From an uncultured Nitrososphaerota archaeon (GTDB lineage Archaea > Thermoproteota > EX4484-205 > JAAOZO01), in contig CAYOYV010000007.1 of the NCBI GenBank assembly GCA_964408285.1, positions 1-64,000 on the forward strand: a DNA stretch of 64,000 nucleotides, given 5' to 3'. Shown piece by piece: positions 1 through 8,706 of the stretch. Made by a program: the position numbers and the translations under genes. Position 1 is the stretch's first letter. Every line of letters starts with the position of its first letter. The notes under the pieces are model-generated. The model had not been told where the DNA came from. It did no database searches and saw nothing but the letters and a program-made list of their open reading frames with translations.

Positions 1-58
1 TCGTGAGTGCACCAGCAATAACGAAAGTAATGTGACACCGGGTGCGGATTCGTTGTTA

Positions 59-348
59 TTATTCGCTCGGTCTAAATGGCGTAGGGATCTTTTTCCTCTT
101 GTAAATGCCGTATTCCTTAGCAGGAATTATTAACAGGACGATAAGTACGATGACGCCCACCAGAATTAGAATGAAACCCGGGAAACTGACCCCGACCCCG
201 AACAATTCGATGAAGATATCAAGCTTTTTTTCACTACTGTATCTCCCATCACGGTCTCGGCCCTTGACCCGCTCCTGCAGATTGAAATGAACGCGACAAC
301 TCATAGCAAAGAGAGGACCAGTTTGGATCTGGCAATCAGGAGCCTCAT
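59..348 (-). pseudogene. Pseudogenised homolog of the small membrane protein at 5112-5405
   Basis: Aligns end to end with 5112-5405. ATG at 348, in-frame TGA at 301-303 (TTG in the intact copy), and a 1-nt deletion in the T7/A7 run at 225-231. Confidence 0.85.
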
Positions 349-397
349 AAGTGCAGATTTGAGTCGTTACGATTCCTAAAGCTTGCGTTATTATATA

Positions 398-853
398 TCA
401 GCGAAATGATGACGCACGCATGCCCCTCATTCTCTTGAGCTGCATCTTTATCCCATTGACTGCGGACTTGGCTTTGTCAACTATGCTTCTGGCTTTCTCT
501 CGGGTATAGTAATCCATGGGGGTCACCCATCTGCCAGCGACCTTAATGGGGTAGCGCGCATATACGACCTCTCTCTGGATCTCTGTTCCATTTTCGATCA
601 GTTCCAGGAACTCTTTTTCACTGAGCAATTCCGGACTGACTCTTCTGAGGACCATGGCCAAACCACTGATTGCCCTGTGATCCTTCGCTTCATTCCCTCC
701 GAGCTCAAGGATCATCGCGTTGGCTGCGCTTTCGACTGCCATCGAAGCATGAAAGACAGCTGAGTCGAACTCTCCGGCGGCAAACCGTTTTTCTGCCCTG
801 CCTAGGTTAACCTCTGAAACCCTCAACAAGACTCCTACTTTGCTTTCAGCCAT
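398..853 (-). CDS. HEPN domain protein (putative toxin of an MNT-HEPN pair)
   Basis: A-F-H-A-x-x-A-V-E-type helix (AVFHASMAVE), a His loop and an ARYP motif. Overlaps the upstream nucleotidyltransferase gene. Confidence 0.85.
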   Translation of the reverse strand: MAESKVGVLLRVSEVNLGRAEKRFAAGEFDSAVFHASMAVESAANAMILELGGNEAKDHRAISGLAMVLRRVSPELLSEKEFLELIENGTEIQREVVYARYPIKVAGRWVTPMDYYTREKARSIVDKAKSAVNGIKMQLKRMRGMRASSFR

Positions 854-1467
854 ATCCTTGCTTCCTCCAAGTAATGATGGCCACGCTTGATCTCGTCGAC
901 CCTATTGCGCAGGGCCTCACCGAATCCATCCGTCTTTTCAACTAGGACTTCATATGCCTCAGCCATGCCATAGACGATGCCGCCTTCATGCGAACGAACA
1001 TTGTCCAGAAAATCCTCCCCGCTCAAGATCAAGGGCTCAATCGTCATGTGATAGCTAGCCTCCAGCTCCGAGATCTTGGACAGGACCATTTTCTTCGCCC
1101 TGTGGACCGGTTTGCTGACGACGATCATCATGTCGAGATCGCTATACTCATCCGCATTCCTTCGAGCCACGCTTCCGAAGAGGATGATCGCCCTGACGAA
1201 ACGCAGCTTTGCGAGCTCGTCCGCCATCCGTCTGGCTTGGGAAATCATAAACAGACTCAACTCGTAGGCAGAGATCACCAAATCTCCCCTTCGACCATAC
1301 CATTTCCCATTTTTCTCAACGACGGCCTGGCGCTGTAATTCCTCAAGCTTGATGGTCAACCACCTGTCGCTCAACCCAGACTCAAACCTCAACTCGCCAT
1401 AGGTATGTTTTCCGTGTTCTAGGGTTGAGAGGATTCTTCCCTCGGGGGTCAAGGAGACTAGGTCCAA
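835..1467 (-). CDS. Minimal nucleotidyltransferase (MNT) with N-terminal winged HTH
   Basis: LFGSVARR...SDLD polbeta-type motif. N-terminal HTH-like segment TYGELRFESGLSDRWLTIKLEEL. Confidence 0.85.
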   Translation of the reverse strand: MDLVSLTPEGRILSTLEHGKHTYGELRFESGLSDRWLTIKLEELQRQAVVEKNGKWYGRRGDLVISAYELSLFMISQARRMADELAKLRFVRAIILFGSVARRNADEYSDLDMMIVVSKPVHRAKKMVLSKISELEASYHMTIEPLILSGEDFLDNVRSHEGGIVYGMAEAYEVLVEKTDGFGEALRNRVDEIKRGHHYLEEARIWLKAK

Positions 1468-1685
1468 CTCTTGCCTGCAATGATTACCGGCGAATAAACC
1501 ATTTAAACTTTACTAAGTAAAGCAAACCAATCCCGCGGCCGAACTCCCAATCGATGCCTTCCCACTGTAAGATCAAAAGGAGAACTTCCATGATAGCCTT
1601 TCAAGCCTTCGCGCGGGGTCGGAGGCGGGGGATTGTGTCAAAATACTGTATGCGGCGACGTTATCCTAAGAGACGATTTGATTCA

Positions 1686-1754
1686 TCACCAATGCTCGAA
1701 GTGGATCAGTTGCTTCAGGGGCTTTCGATCCTTCGCGCGCGAGCATTTTACCAA
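1686..1754 (-). pseudogene. Chimeric remnant: RBS+TTG gene start fused at CGCGCGCG to a nitroreductase 3' end (MVKCSRAKDRKPLKQLIHFEHW*)
   Basis: 1686-1734 matches 3818-3866 at 43/49 nt. GGAGGT RBS at ~1762-1767. Confidence 0.8.
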
Positions 1755-1789
1755 TGGGCCTACCTCCTACTGAAAGACTAGCCTGAAAA

Positions 1790-2761
1790 CTAGTATCCAC
1801 GATCCAGATCAACCAGGTTCAAAGGTTTCAATCCTTTCGAAAGCAGCCTCGCGTTTTCTGCACAGATTTCCAATGCTCGTGTCCAAGATTCCGGACTCAG
1901 ACCAGCCGAGTGGCTCGTTGCTATCACATTCGGGAGGAGGTGTAGCTCGCTTCTCGACGGAAATCCCTCATTGGGAGGATAGACATACCAGACATCGATG
2001 CCTGCACCAGCTATCAATCCTTCAGTCAGGGCCTTGTGAAGTGCATCCTCGTTGACCAGTTTTCCTCTTCCGACATTGATGAGAAAGGCGGATCTCTTCA
2101 TAGCCCTGAGTTCATTCTCATTGATTATGTCCTCCGTCTCCTTGGTCAGCGGAAGCGCCAGAATCACGAAGTCTGACCCTCCTATGGCGTCAATGAGTCC
2201 ACTGGTTGGATAAAGACCGTCCAGCTCTGGAGAATCCGGAGGAATCTCTGATACGTCACGCTTCACGGCTATGACCTTCATTCCAAACCCCTTGGCTCTC
2301 CTCGCTATTTCCACTCCCACTTCTCCGTACCCAACTACGCACATGGTTTTGCCATAGAGTTCCGAGAATCCATCCCTGAACCACTTGCCTTGCTTCATCA
2401 TCGCATCTTGGACAGTGATCTTCCTCGACAGATCTATTGCAAGACCCATGGCCTGCTCTGCAACGGGAAAGGCATTGCACCCTGATGCGCTCGCCAGCAT
2501 TATGCCCCTTTTCTTTATTTGCTCCAGCGGAAGCCGATCCACTCCGGCCCAAGGAACCTGCCAGAGTCTCAACTTCCTAGCATTTTCAAGTGCAGCTGGT
2601 CTCAATCGCCCTCCTATGAACATGTCAGCAACCGAGATGGCAGACGCAATGGCTTCCGATTTCGGAGGATCGGGATGATAGAAACTGACCCCAGGTGCCA
2701 GACTCCTCAGGACTTCCAGCTCGCCTCGCATAAATGGGTAAACTAGTACCTCGAGTGCCAT
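1790..2761 (-). CDS. D-isomer-specific 2-hydroxyacid dehydrogenase family
   Basis: VGYGEVG Rossmann motif, INVGRG, GIDVW, TSHSAG. ATG 2761 chosen because a TTAAT box lies ~25 bp upstream (ORF open to 2827). Confidence 0.92.
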   Translation of the reverse strand: MALEVLVYPFMRGELEVLRSLAPGVSFYHPDPPKSEAIASAISVADMFIGGRLRPAALENARKLRLWQVPWAGVDRLPLEQIKKRGIMLASASGCNAFPVAEQAMGLAIDLSRKITVQDAMMKQGKWFRDGFSELYGKTMCVVGYGEVGVEIARRAKGFGMKVIAVKRDVSEIPPDSPELDGLYPTSGLIDAIGGSDFVILALPLTKETEDIINENELRAMKRSAFLINVGRGKLVNEDALHKALTEGLIAGAGIDVWYVYPPNEGFPSRSELHLLPNVIATSHSAGLSPESWTRALEICAENARLLSKGLKPLNLVDLDRGY

Positions 2762-2960
2762 CGGAGCCGTGCCATTGAGTCCAACATTATTAAGCTTCCT
2801 CCAGGATTTCGCTTTTGTTTTGGACAATCTCTTGGTAGTTCGGGGGAATCGTGTTAGTAATCATGCCATTTCTTTTCTTTTTGCTGGCCATATGATTGTT
2901 CCTTTGATTAAGGGCTCAAGAGTAGAAATCAAGTGAGGAGCGTTCGCGCGCCACTCTATC

Positions 2961-3359
2961 TCAGACCAGCAGACAAAATTCGTCAGCGATGTTGTCGAGA
3001 AGCCATTTCCGGTCATTCAGCAATTTCCTTCCAATGAGGGACCTCGTCGCTCTGAGTGCAGCGAATGGCTTCTCTTTGATATTAATCTCGGGTATGGTAA
3101 GGTAGATCAGATAGAGGTCCACTTTGACGTAGGTGCTGGTCGCTGTTGCGATGTGGATGTCTCCAACTTTCTCTGGACCTAGAGAATCTATGAGCTCTTG
3201 GTCAATTGCGATTGAGCCTGAGAAGCCAGTGTCGACCTGAATTGCCTTGGTTACGTCCTTGCCACCTTCATGGGCACGCATCGTGACTAGGATCGAGGGC
3301 GACGGAGGCACGTCTGAGGTGTGAGCCCAGCATTTCGTCCTAGAACCCGACCGTGACAA
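2961..3359 (-). CDS. Retroviral-like (clan AA) aspartyl protease-fold protein
   Basis: VDTGFSG catalytic motif and C-terminal LIGR motif. Confidence 0.75.
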   Translation of the reverse strand: MSRSGSRTKCWAHTSDVPPSPSILVTMRAHEGGKDVTKAIQVDTGFSGSIAIDQELIDSLGPEKVGDIHIATATSTYVKVDLYLIYLTIPEINIKEKPFAALRATRSLIGRKLLNDRKWLLDNIADEFCLLV

Positions 3360-3750
3360 GTTCCTTCGGCCTCCCGGCGCTCGTTATGTATATCTCCCCT
3401 GGCTTGTATCTCTTCAGCGCTCTCCTGAGGAGTTTCTGAATGTCGTTATCTTTGTCCATTATCCTGCCATTCACCAGTAGGATATATTCTCCCATATACT
3501 CGCCGAGCATTGACTGGACGTTCTCGCTGTTGACTTCGCCGGCAGCCGCCAGATCCAATCTGTAGATGACTCTTCGTGCTTCTTCTGGGTCTGGTGTCGA
3601 ATGAAGCCAACCTTTCTTCCCAAGTTCACTTAACAAGTTCTTCACGTAGCTCGATTTCAGACCGAGGGATTCCAGAGCCTCCTGAAAGTTGAAGGGCCTG
3701 CCCCGGAAGTGTCTCAATAGTCTCTCGTAAGCGAGCTCAAGGTGAGTCAT
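3340..3750 (-). CDS. Winged-helix domain fused to a DUF5678-like domain
   Basis: MarR-like N-terminus (YVKNLLSELGKKGWL...RRVIYRL). C-terminal EYMGEYILLVNGRI pattern. Overlaps the protease gene. Confidence 0.6.
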   Translation of the reverse strand: MTHLELAYERLLRHFRGRPFNFQEALESLGLKSSYVKNLLSELGKKGWLHSTPDPEEARRVIYRLDLAAAGEVNSENVQSMLGEYMGEYILLVNGRIMDKDNDIQKLLRRALKRYKPGEIYITSAGRPKELVTVGF

Positions 3751-3817
3751 GTTTAATATTAATAATGTGACTAATATAAGCATTGTTATTGCCTGTCGCG
3801 CGCACGAATCCGGTTTG

Positions 3818-4339
3818 TCACCAATGTTCGAAGTGGACCAATTCCTTCAGCGGTTTTCGATCCTTCACTGGGCCTTTCTTCTCTGCAGGGTAACCGAGTG
3901 GGGTCATCGCGACGATTCTGGAATTACGGGGGAGACGCAGGATCCTCTTGGCCTTGCGTTCGTCGAAAGCGCCAATCCAACACGTTCCCAAACCTTCAGA
4001 CCATGCCGCAAGGACTAGGGTCTGTACGGCGATCGAGCCATCTGCTTGCCAAAACTTCTCTCCATCCTTTCTGACCCAGGCTTTACTCGGGAAGACCCCG
4101 ACCGCAACGATGACCGGAGCGGAGACGAACCATTCCCTACCATAAGCCGCCCTGAGCCTCTCCCTGATTCTACGGTTTGTCACAACGACGAAAAACCAGG
4201 GTTGTCTATTGCCTGCTGAGGGTGAGAGCCTAGCCGCCTCAAGAACCCTCATGAGCTTCCGCTTCCCAATACGCCTTCGCTGATACTTCCTTATGCTACG
4301 CCTGGTCTTAATTGCCTCAAGAACCTCCATAGCCGCCAC
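3818..4339 (-). CDS. Nitroreductase family protein
   Basis: RRSIRKY, SPSAGNRQPW, GLGTCWIG, LGYP. Confidence 0.95.
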   Translation of the reverse strand: MAAMEVLEAIKTRRSIRKYQRRRIGKRKLMRVLEAARLSPSAGNRQPWFFVVVTNRRIRERLRAAYGREWFVSAPVIVAVGVFPSKAWVRKDGEKFWQADGSIAVQTLVLAAWSEGLGTCWIGAFDERKAKRILRLPRNSRIVAMTPLGYPAEKKGPVKDRKPLKELVHFEHW

Positions 4340-4523
4340 CCAAATCAGAATCCTTCACGAGTATTAAAAGCCGTTCTTCCAAGATCAGGGAGGCCTTCCG
4401 CCGGATAGAGAAGATACGCGCGCGAAGTGCCGTTCGATTATTCGTGACCCGGGGGTACAGGTGCCCCCCGGGGGGTATGGGCGCTCTGTGTGGATGCATT
4501 GGGCGATACGCAATGCGCGTGAA

Positions 4524-5003
4524 CTATGGGGACTTCTCGATCACTGTTCTTGTCGAGATCTCCAGTCTAGTCACTTTTCCTGCCTCGAGATCCACGTAGG
4601 CAGACGCCCAGCTTGTCCTGTCCTTCTGTAGCATGACGATTGCGCTCGTTGCCTTAATTGTGACACTGCCTTTTCCCTCAACTTTAGTGGTGAAGATTGG
4701 CCTCACTCCTACGATGCTGTAACCGTTATTGAGTAGATTCTGCACATCTGGGTCACTTTTCGCTATGTTGATTGCGGTCTCGTTGTACTCTCGGCTAACC
4801 TCAATGAATCCATATTGTCCCCTTCCATATGGCCATCCGCCCAGCCTCGGAAATGCAGGTGCTCCCCAGTTGAATCGTTGCTTGAGCCATCGATCAAAGC
4901 CATAGTTATCCGCATACACAGTCAACAATACCGTGCCGATAATCGCAACCAAAGCCAGGACCAATACGAGCCCTACGATGGTTCTCCTATCCAATCTTAT
5001 CAC
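4524..5003 (-). CDS. Membrane-anchored hypothetical protein (PepSY-like C-terminus)
   Basis: N-terminal hydrophobic helix; AINIAKSDPDVQ...YVDLEAGKV. Confidence 0.7.
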   Translation of the reverse strand: MIRLDRRTIVGLVLVLALVAIIGTVLLTVYADNYGFDRWLKQRFNWGAPAFPRLGGWPYGRGQYGFIEVSREYNETAINIAKSDPDVQNLLNNGYSIVGVRPIFTTKVEGKGSVTIKATSAIVMLQKDRTSWASAYVDLEAGKVTRLEISTRTVIEKSP

Positions 5004-5111
5004 CGGATTTTTGGTTGTGTTGTCAATTTCCGCCTCTTTCTTTTTAAGGATTGTTCAGAATTGTGCCCAAATCTTATCCCAGTAATCGCACAGTGCTCAA
5101 GGGAGCGAGTG

Positions 5112-5405
5112 CTATTCGCTCCTTCTGAATAGAGTGAGGAGCTTCTTCCTCCTGTAGATGTTGTATTCCTCAGCAGCAATTATCAAAAGTACGATGATCA
5201 GGATGACGCCGGCCAAGATTAGAATGAAGCCGGGGAAGTTAATGCCCACGCCGAACAACTCGACGAAGACATCAAGGTCTATCTTCACTAACGTATCTCC
5301 CGTCACGGTCACGACCCCTAACTCACTCCTGCAGAGTGAAATGAGCGCGATAACCAATAGCAAGGACAGGACCAGTTGAGGGCCAGCAATTGGGGGCCTC
5401 ATCAA
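5112..5405 (-). CDS. Small two-TM membrane protein
   Basis: Intact ORF with two hydrophobic segments. A homologous pseudogene lies at 59-348. Confidence 0.7.
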   Translation of the reverse strand: MMRPPIAGPQLVLSLLLVIALISLCRSELGVVTVTGDTLVKIDLDVFVELFGVGINFPGFILILAGVILIIVLLIIAAEEYNIYRRKKLLTLFRRSE

Positions 5406-5507
5406 TGTAAATGTGGGGCGTTATCGCTCTTAAGGATTCCGTTATCATGTATCCGCAGAATTACAGTGCCTTCTACTTTGCGCACGTGGTTTGTCAGATC
5501 CGAGTTC

Positions 5508-6350
5508 CTATCCCTTAAGGAGTTTTTCGAGATTTCTATGGTATATATTCTCGTATGCCTCTTGAGTCAGGTTCAAGCTGTCTATCAATTTTCTGTGGAC
5601 TTCAGCGGGAGCGAAGAAATCTTCCAGGTCTGTGCCGTACAGGAGCTTTCTGTTCAGCTCGCGCAAGAACAGCTTGGCGAACTCAATGTCCCTATTGAGC
5701 GCATTGTATCCGGAACCCGCTGAAAGATCCCCGTACAGATTGTCACAACTATCCAAGAGACGCACGGTCCTCCCGCGCCCGTTCACCGGGGTATTTGGAC
5801 GTGCCTCCGTGGGCAGATCAGCGGACATGCAGCTCCACCAGCCAGGTCCGTGCAGTATGAAATTCACGTTAGAATGCTCCCTCACAACTCTTTCCAGACC
5901 ATCAAGATTGGGCGAATCCATTGCACCATAGATCTCTTGGTCTCTGAACCCCAAGTGTATTAGTATCGGTATCTCAATCCTGCCACAGATTCTGTAGAGA
6001 TTGTGATTCAGCTCGTGGTCAATCGGCAACTTCGATGTGTGCTCTCCAAAGCCTCTGCAACCCATTTCCACGTATCGCTTGATTCTATCATCAAAACATT
6101 GCTCCCTCACGTCCACAGCGCAGAATGGTATCAGGCGATCCGGATAATTGCTTACTGCTTCTAGCACATACTCCGTTGGCATAACGACACTCGCGTTCCA
6201 GCTGGAGATAGCTAACACGACGGCCTTCTGAACACTGAGCGCGTTGAGATATAATATCAGGAAATCCAACGTGACCTGGCCCCAGGGATTGCCGGTATTC
6301 ATAACATCCCTGAAATTCCCGAGATGCGTGTGGCAATCAATAATCTCTGC
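5508..6350 (-). CDS. Amidohydrolase family (Amidohydro_2) protein; start uncertain
   Basis: IIDCHTH metal motif, GFGE, ILIH, ILHG, YGTD. A BRE/TATA-like AAAAGATTTTAAG at ~6402-6415 suggests the ORF extension to 6455 is not real. Confidence 0.88.
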   Translation of the reverse strand, partial: AEIIDCHTHLGNFRDVMNTGNPWGQVTLDFLILYLNALSVQKAVVLAISSWNASVVMPTEYVLEAVSNYPDRLIPFCAVDVREQCFDDRIKRYVEMGCRGFGEHTSKLPIDHELNHNLYRICGRIEIPILIHLGFRDQEIYGAMDSPNLDGLERVVREHSNVNFILHGPGWWSCMSADLPTEARPNTPVNGRGRTVRLLDSCDNLYGDLSAGSGYNALNRDIEFAKLFLRELNRKLLYGTDLEDFFAPAEVHRKLIDSLNLTQEAYENIYHRNLEKLLKG

Positions 6351-6519
6351 AACGGCTGGATGTCCTCGGTGCAAGCTTAGGTGCAGATCAAGCGGATTAT
6401 CCTTAAAATCTTTTTCTGAGACTTTTCGACGCGCGCGAGGCGAACTAGACCTCAATTATCAGAAATAAGTCCCAAAAGGGCTCCTGCACATAAGATGAGG
6501 ACACACGCGCGGATCTTTC

Positions 6520-7875
6520 TCATGACCGGGGTTTTGTCCATCTAGGTTCTTGTTCAACAGTGAGTTTCGAGATGACAGGTCTGAATTTTGCTTTGACACT
6601 CTGTCTGTTGCCGACTATGATTTCCATTTCAATATTGGAACCAAGAATCTCCAGACACTTGGATCTAAGGGCCTCAATCGAAACTTCCGGGTCACTTTCT
6701 TTTCTCATGAGCTCCAAGGTGAATCTGTTCGTGCTTTCTTGGACCAATTGGTATCTTGAGACTCCTCGCGTGCTTTGTATGGCGGTTATGATTCTCTTTG
6801 GGGAAATCGTGCGTCCGTCAGGCAGAGGGAGAAAGTCGACCTTTCTGCCCTCTATTGATTTCAGAAGTCGGAACCCCCTTCCGCAGGAGCATTGTGCGTC
6901 GCCAGATATTCCTATGTCACCGACTCGATATCTTATCAGCGGCATGGCATAGTTCAGCAGGCCTGTTACTACTATCTCACCTTCCTCACCTGGTCCAACG
7001 GATTCGCCATTCCGAATCAGTTCGACCACTACAAAATCCTCTCTTACATGAAGTCCCTCCTTTTTCCTGCATTCGTACGCTATGGTACCTGCCTCATAGG
7101 CTCCGTATGAGTCGTACACCTCGCATTGCAGAGAGGATTCCAAGAACCTTCGAGATGATTCGTCGAGCAATTCTCCCCAAGAGACCAAGGCCTTTGGGCG
7201 AATATTCTTGAGTCCTCTGTCTGTGACCGCCTCTGCAAGGAGCTTGAGATAGGAGGAATTGCCCCGAATGATCCCAGGTTGGTATTTGACTATCTCGGAA
7301 ATGATTTCTTCTGCGGTGTAAGCAAGGTAGACATTTCTTTGCCATCGCTTCAAAATGGATACCGATGGTCCGAGCGCAGTTCCCCCACGTGATTTGGATT
7401 TATTCACGCTTGGTTCCTCCTTTTCACCGGGTTGTGGTCTGTGATAAAAAATGTCAGTAACCCTATCCCAGGGATTGAGATCAAGGGCTCTTAGCTCTCT
7501 AAAGTACCATAGGGCAACCATGTAGTCCCAGAACGCCTTGTCGTAGAAAACGGGCATTGGTCCTCCTGTCGTGCCGGACGTTGACATCCTGACACAGTCA
7601 TCCAGATCATATCCCTTAGCAATGCTCTCTTGGGGCATTCCGCTGACAATTTCCTGCTTCGTAGTGAATGGCAGCTTTGACAGATCGTTGAGATCATTGA
7701 TATCGCTAGGTTTGATTGCCGCTGAGTCCAGTTTCTTTCTATAGAGCGGGACATTCTCGTAAGCATGTTTCAAAATCGCTCTGAGCCTCTTCTCCTGCAG
7801 CTTCCTGAGTTCAGTTGGTCTTAGCCACTCAGCCATTAAGAGTTCGTAGCAGTTCCAGATCACCCGGTAGAACAT
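6520..7875 (-). CDS. Phenylacetate-CoA ligase (PaaK/CapK)-like adenylate-forming enzyme
   Basis: STSGTTG P-loop, YGAYE, MPLIRYRVGD. Confidence 0.9.
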   Translation of the reverse strand: MFYRVIWNCYELLMAEWLRPTELRKLQEKRLRAILKHAYENVPLYRKKLDSAAIKPSDINDLNDLSKLPFTTKQEIVSGMPQESIAKGYDLDDCVRMSTSGTTGGPMPVFYDKAFWDYMVALWYFRELRALDLNPWDRVTDIFYHRPQPGEKEEPSVNKSKSRGGTALGPSVSILKRWQRNVYLAYTAEEIISEIVKYQPGIIRGNSSYLKLLAEAVTDRGLKNIRPKALVSWGELLDESSRRFLESSLQCEVYDSYGAYEAGTIAYECRKKEGLHVREDFVVVELIRNGESVGPGEEGEIVVTGLLNYAMPLIRYRVGDIGISGDAQCSCGRGFRLLKSIEGRKVDFLPLPDGRTISPKRIITAIQSTRGVSRYQLVQESTNRFTLELMRKESDPEVSIEALRSKCLEILGSNIEMEIIVGNRQSVKAKFRPVISKLTVEQEPRWTKPRS

Positions 7876-8041
7876 CTTGGGGCAGCCATCTTGCTGTCAT
7901 TACTTAATCCTTATTCTCGCGCGATGAAAAGGTCAAGCTAATACGTTTGATCGAAAAAACAGAGATGCCGAGCAACAATCAAGATTTTGCCACAATAGAC
8001 TTCTTCTCGCCAGAAATATTCAACACGCCCGACCCGGCGGC

Positions 8042-8524
8042 TTACTGAGAATTCCTCTTGCTCAGTGTGATACCCTTAGCCCATTCGGCAGCCCGCTCAA
8101 CCTCTCCCTGTTTCAGCGGCCCCTCGGTATCCCCTACAATGAAGCCCTCTGGCGGCTTCACAAGATAACCGCCTTTACCTATCAAACTGTTCGCGATGCG
8201 CCCGGCAGCATAGCCCATGAGTCCTACGATTATGCGTATACCAATGCCCCTATCTTTCGCTGAGAATCTTGTGTCGAATGAGGCAACGTCGATGTGTTTG
8301 AGCGAATCTGGGGGGATTTTTCTGAGGAATTCCTGAATAACCGGAGTCGGTCTCCCCCCATAAGTGGGCGAGCCCACGATCAGAAGGTCTGTTGTTCTCA
8401 ACTCAGAGGAATTCACTTCAGTCACGCGTAGTACCTTAACCTCACCGGCAAGAGCGTCGCCGATGGCTCTGGCAATTTTCTCGGTATTTCCATGGACAGA
8501 ATCATAAACGACCAGAGTTTTCAT
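8042..8524 (-). CDS. Flavodoxin family protein
   Basis: YDSVHGNTEKIA and GSPTYGG motifs. Confidence 0.93.
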   Translation of the reverse strand: MKTLVVYDSVHGNTEKIARAIGDALAGEVKVLRVTEVNSSELRTTDLLIVGSPTYGGRPTPVIQEFLRKIPPDSLKHIDVASFDTRFSAKDRGIGIRIIVGLMGYAAGRIANSLIGKGGYLVKPPEGFIVGDTEGPLKQGEVERAAEWAKGITLSKRNSQ

Positions 8525-8658
8525 CGCCTTCCTCCGATATTTTCTGATTTAAGCCTTATGATGGCGACATCAGGGGGATTCTCCAGAAGCCTTCCTATAT
8601 CTTCGTGTTGTCTTCGAACCTTATGCCTCTAGTCTTGTCGCAAACTGCTCGCATGCGT

Positions 8659-8703
8659 CGACGAAGAAGTTAAGAATGAAGATGGTCAAGCCAACGGTAT
8701 CCA
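8659..8703 (+). promoter_or_regulatory. Promoter/leader of the GNAT gene (copy A of a duplicated 45-bp element)
   Basis: Purine-rich BRE-like stretch plus GTTAAG upstream of ATG 8707. 36/45 identical, ungapped, to 10812-10856. Confidence 0.65.
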
Positions 8704-8706
8704 GAG

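Noticed and set aside
6351-6455. N-terminal extension MRSSSPRARRK... of the amidohydrolase (similarly the extensions at 10839 and 15078)
   Set aside because: It runs through the promoter box and CG tract, so it is likely an open-frame artefact.
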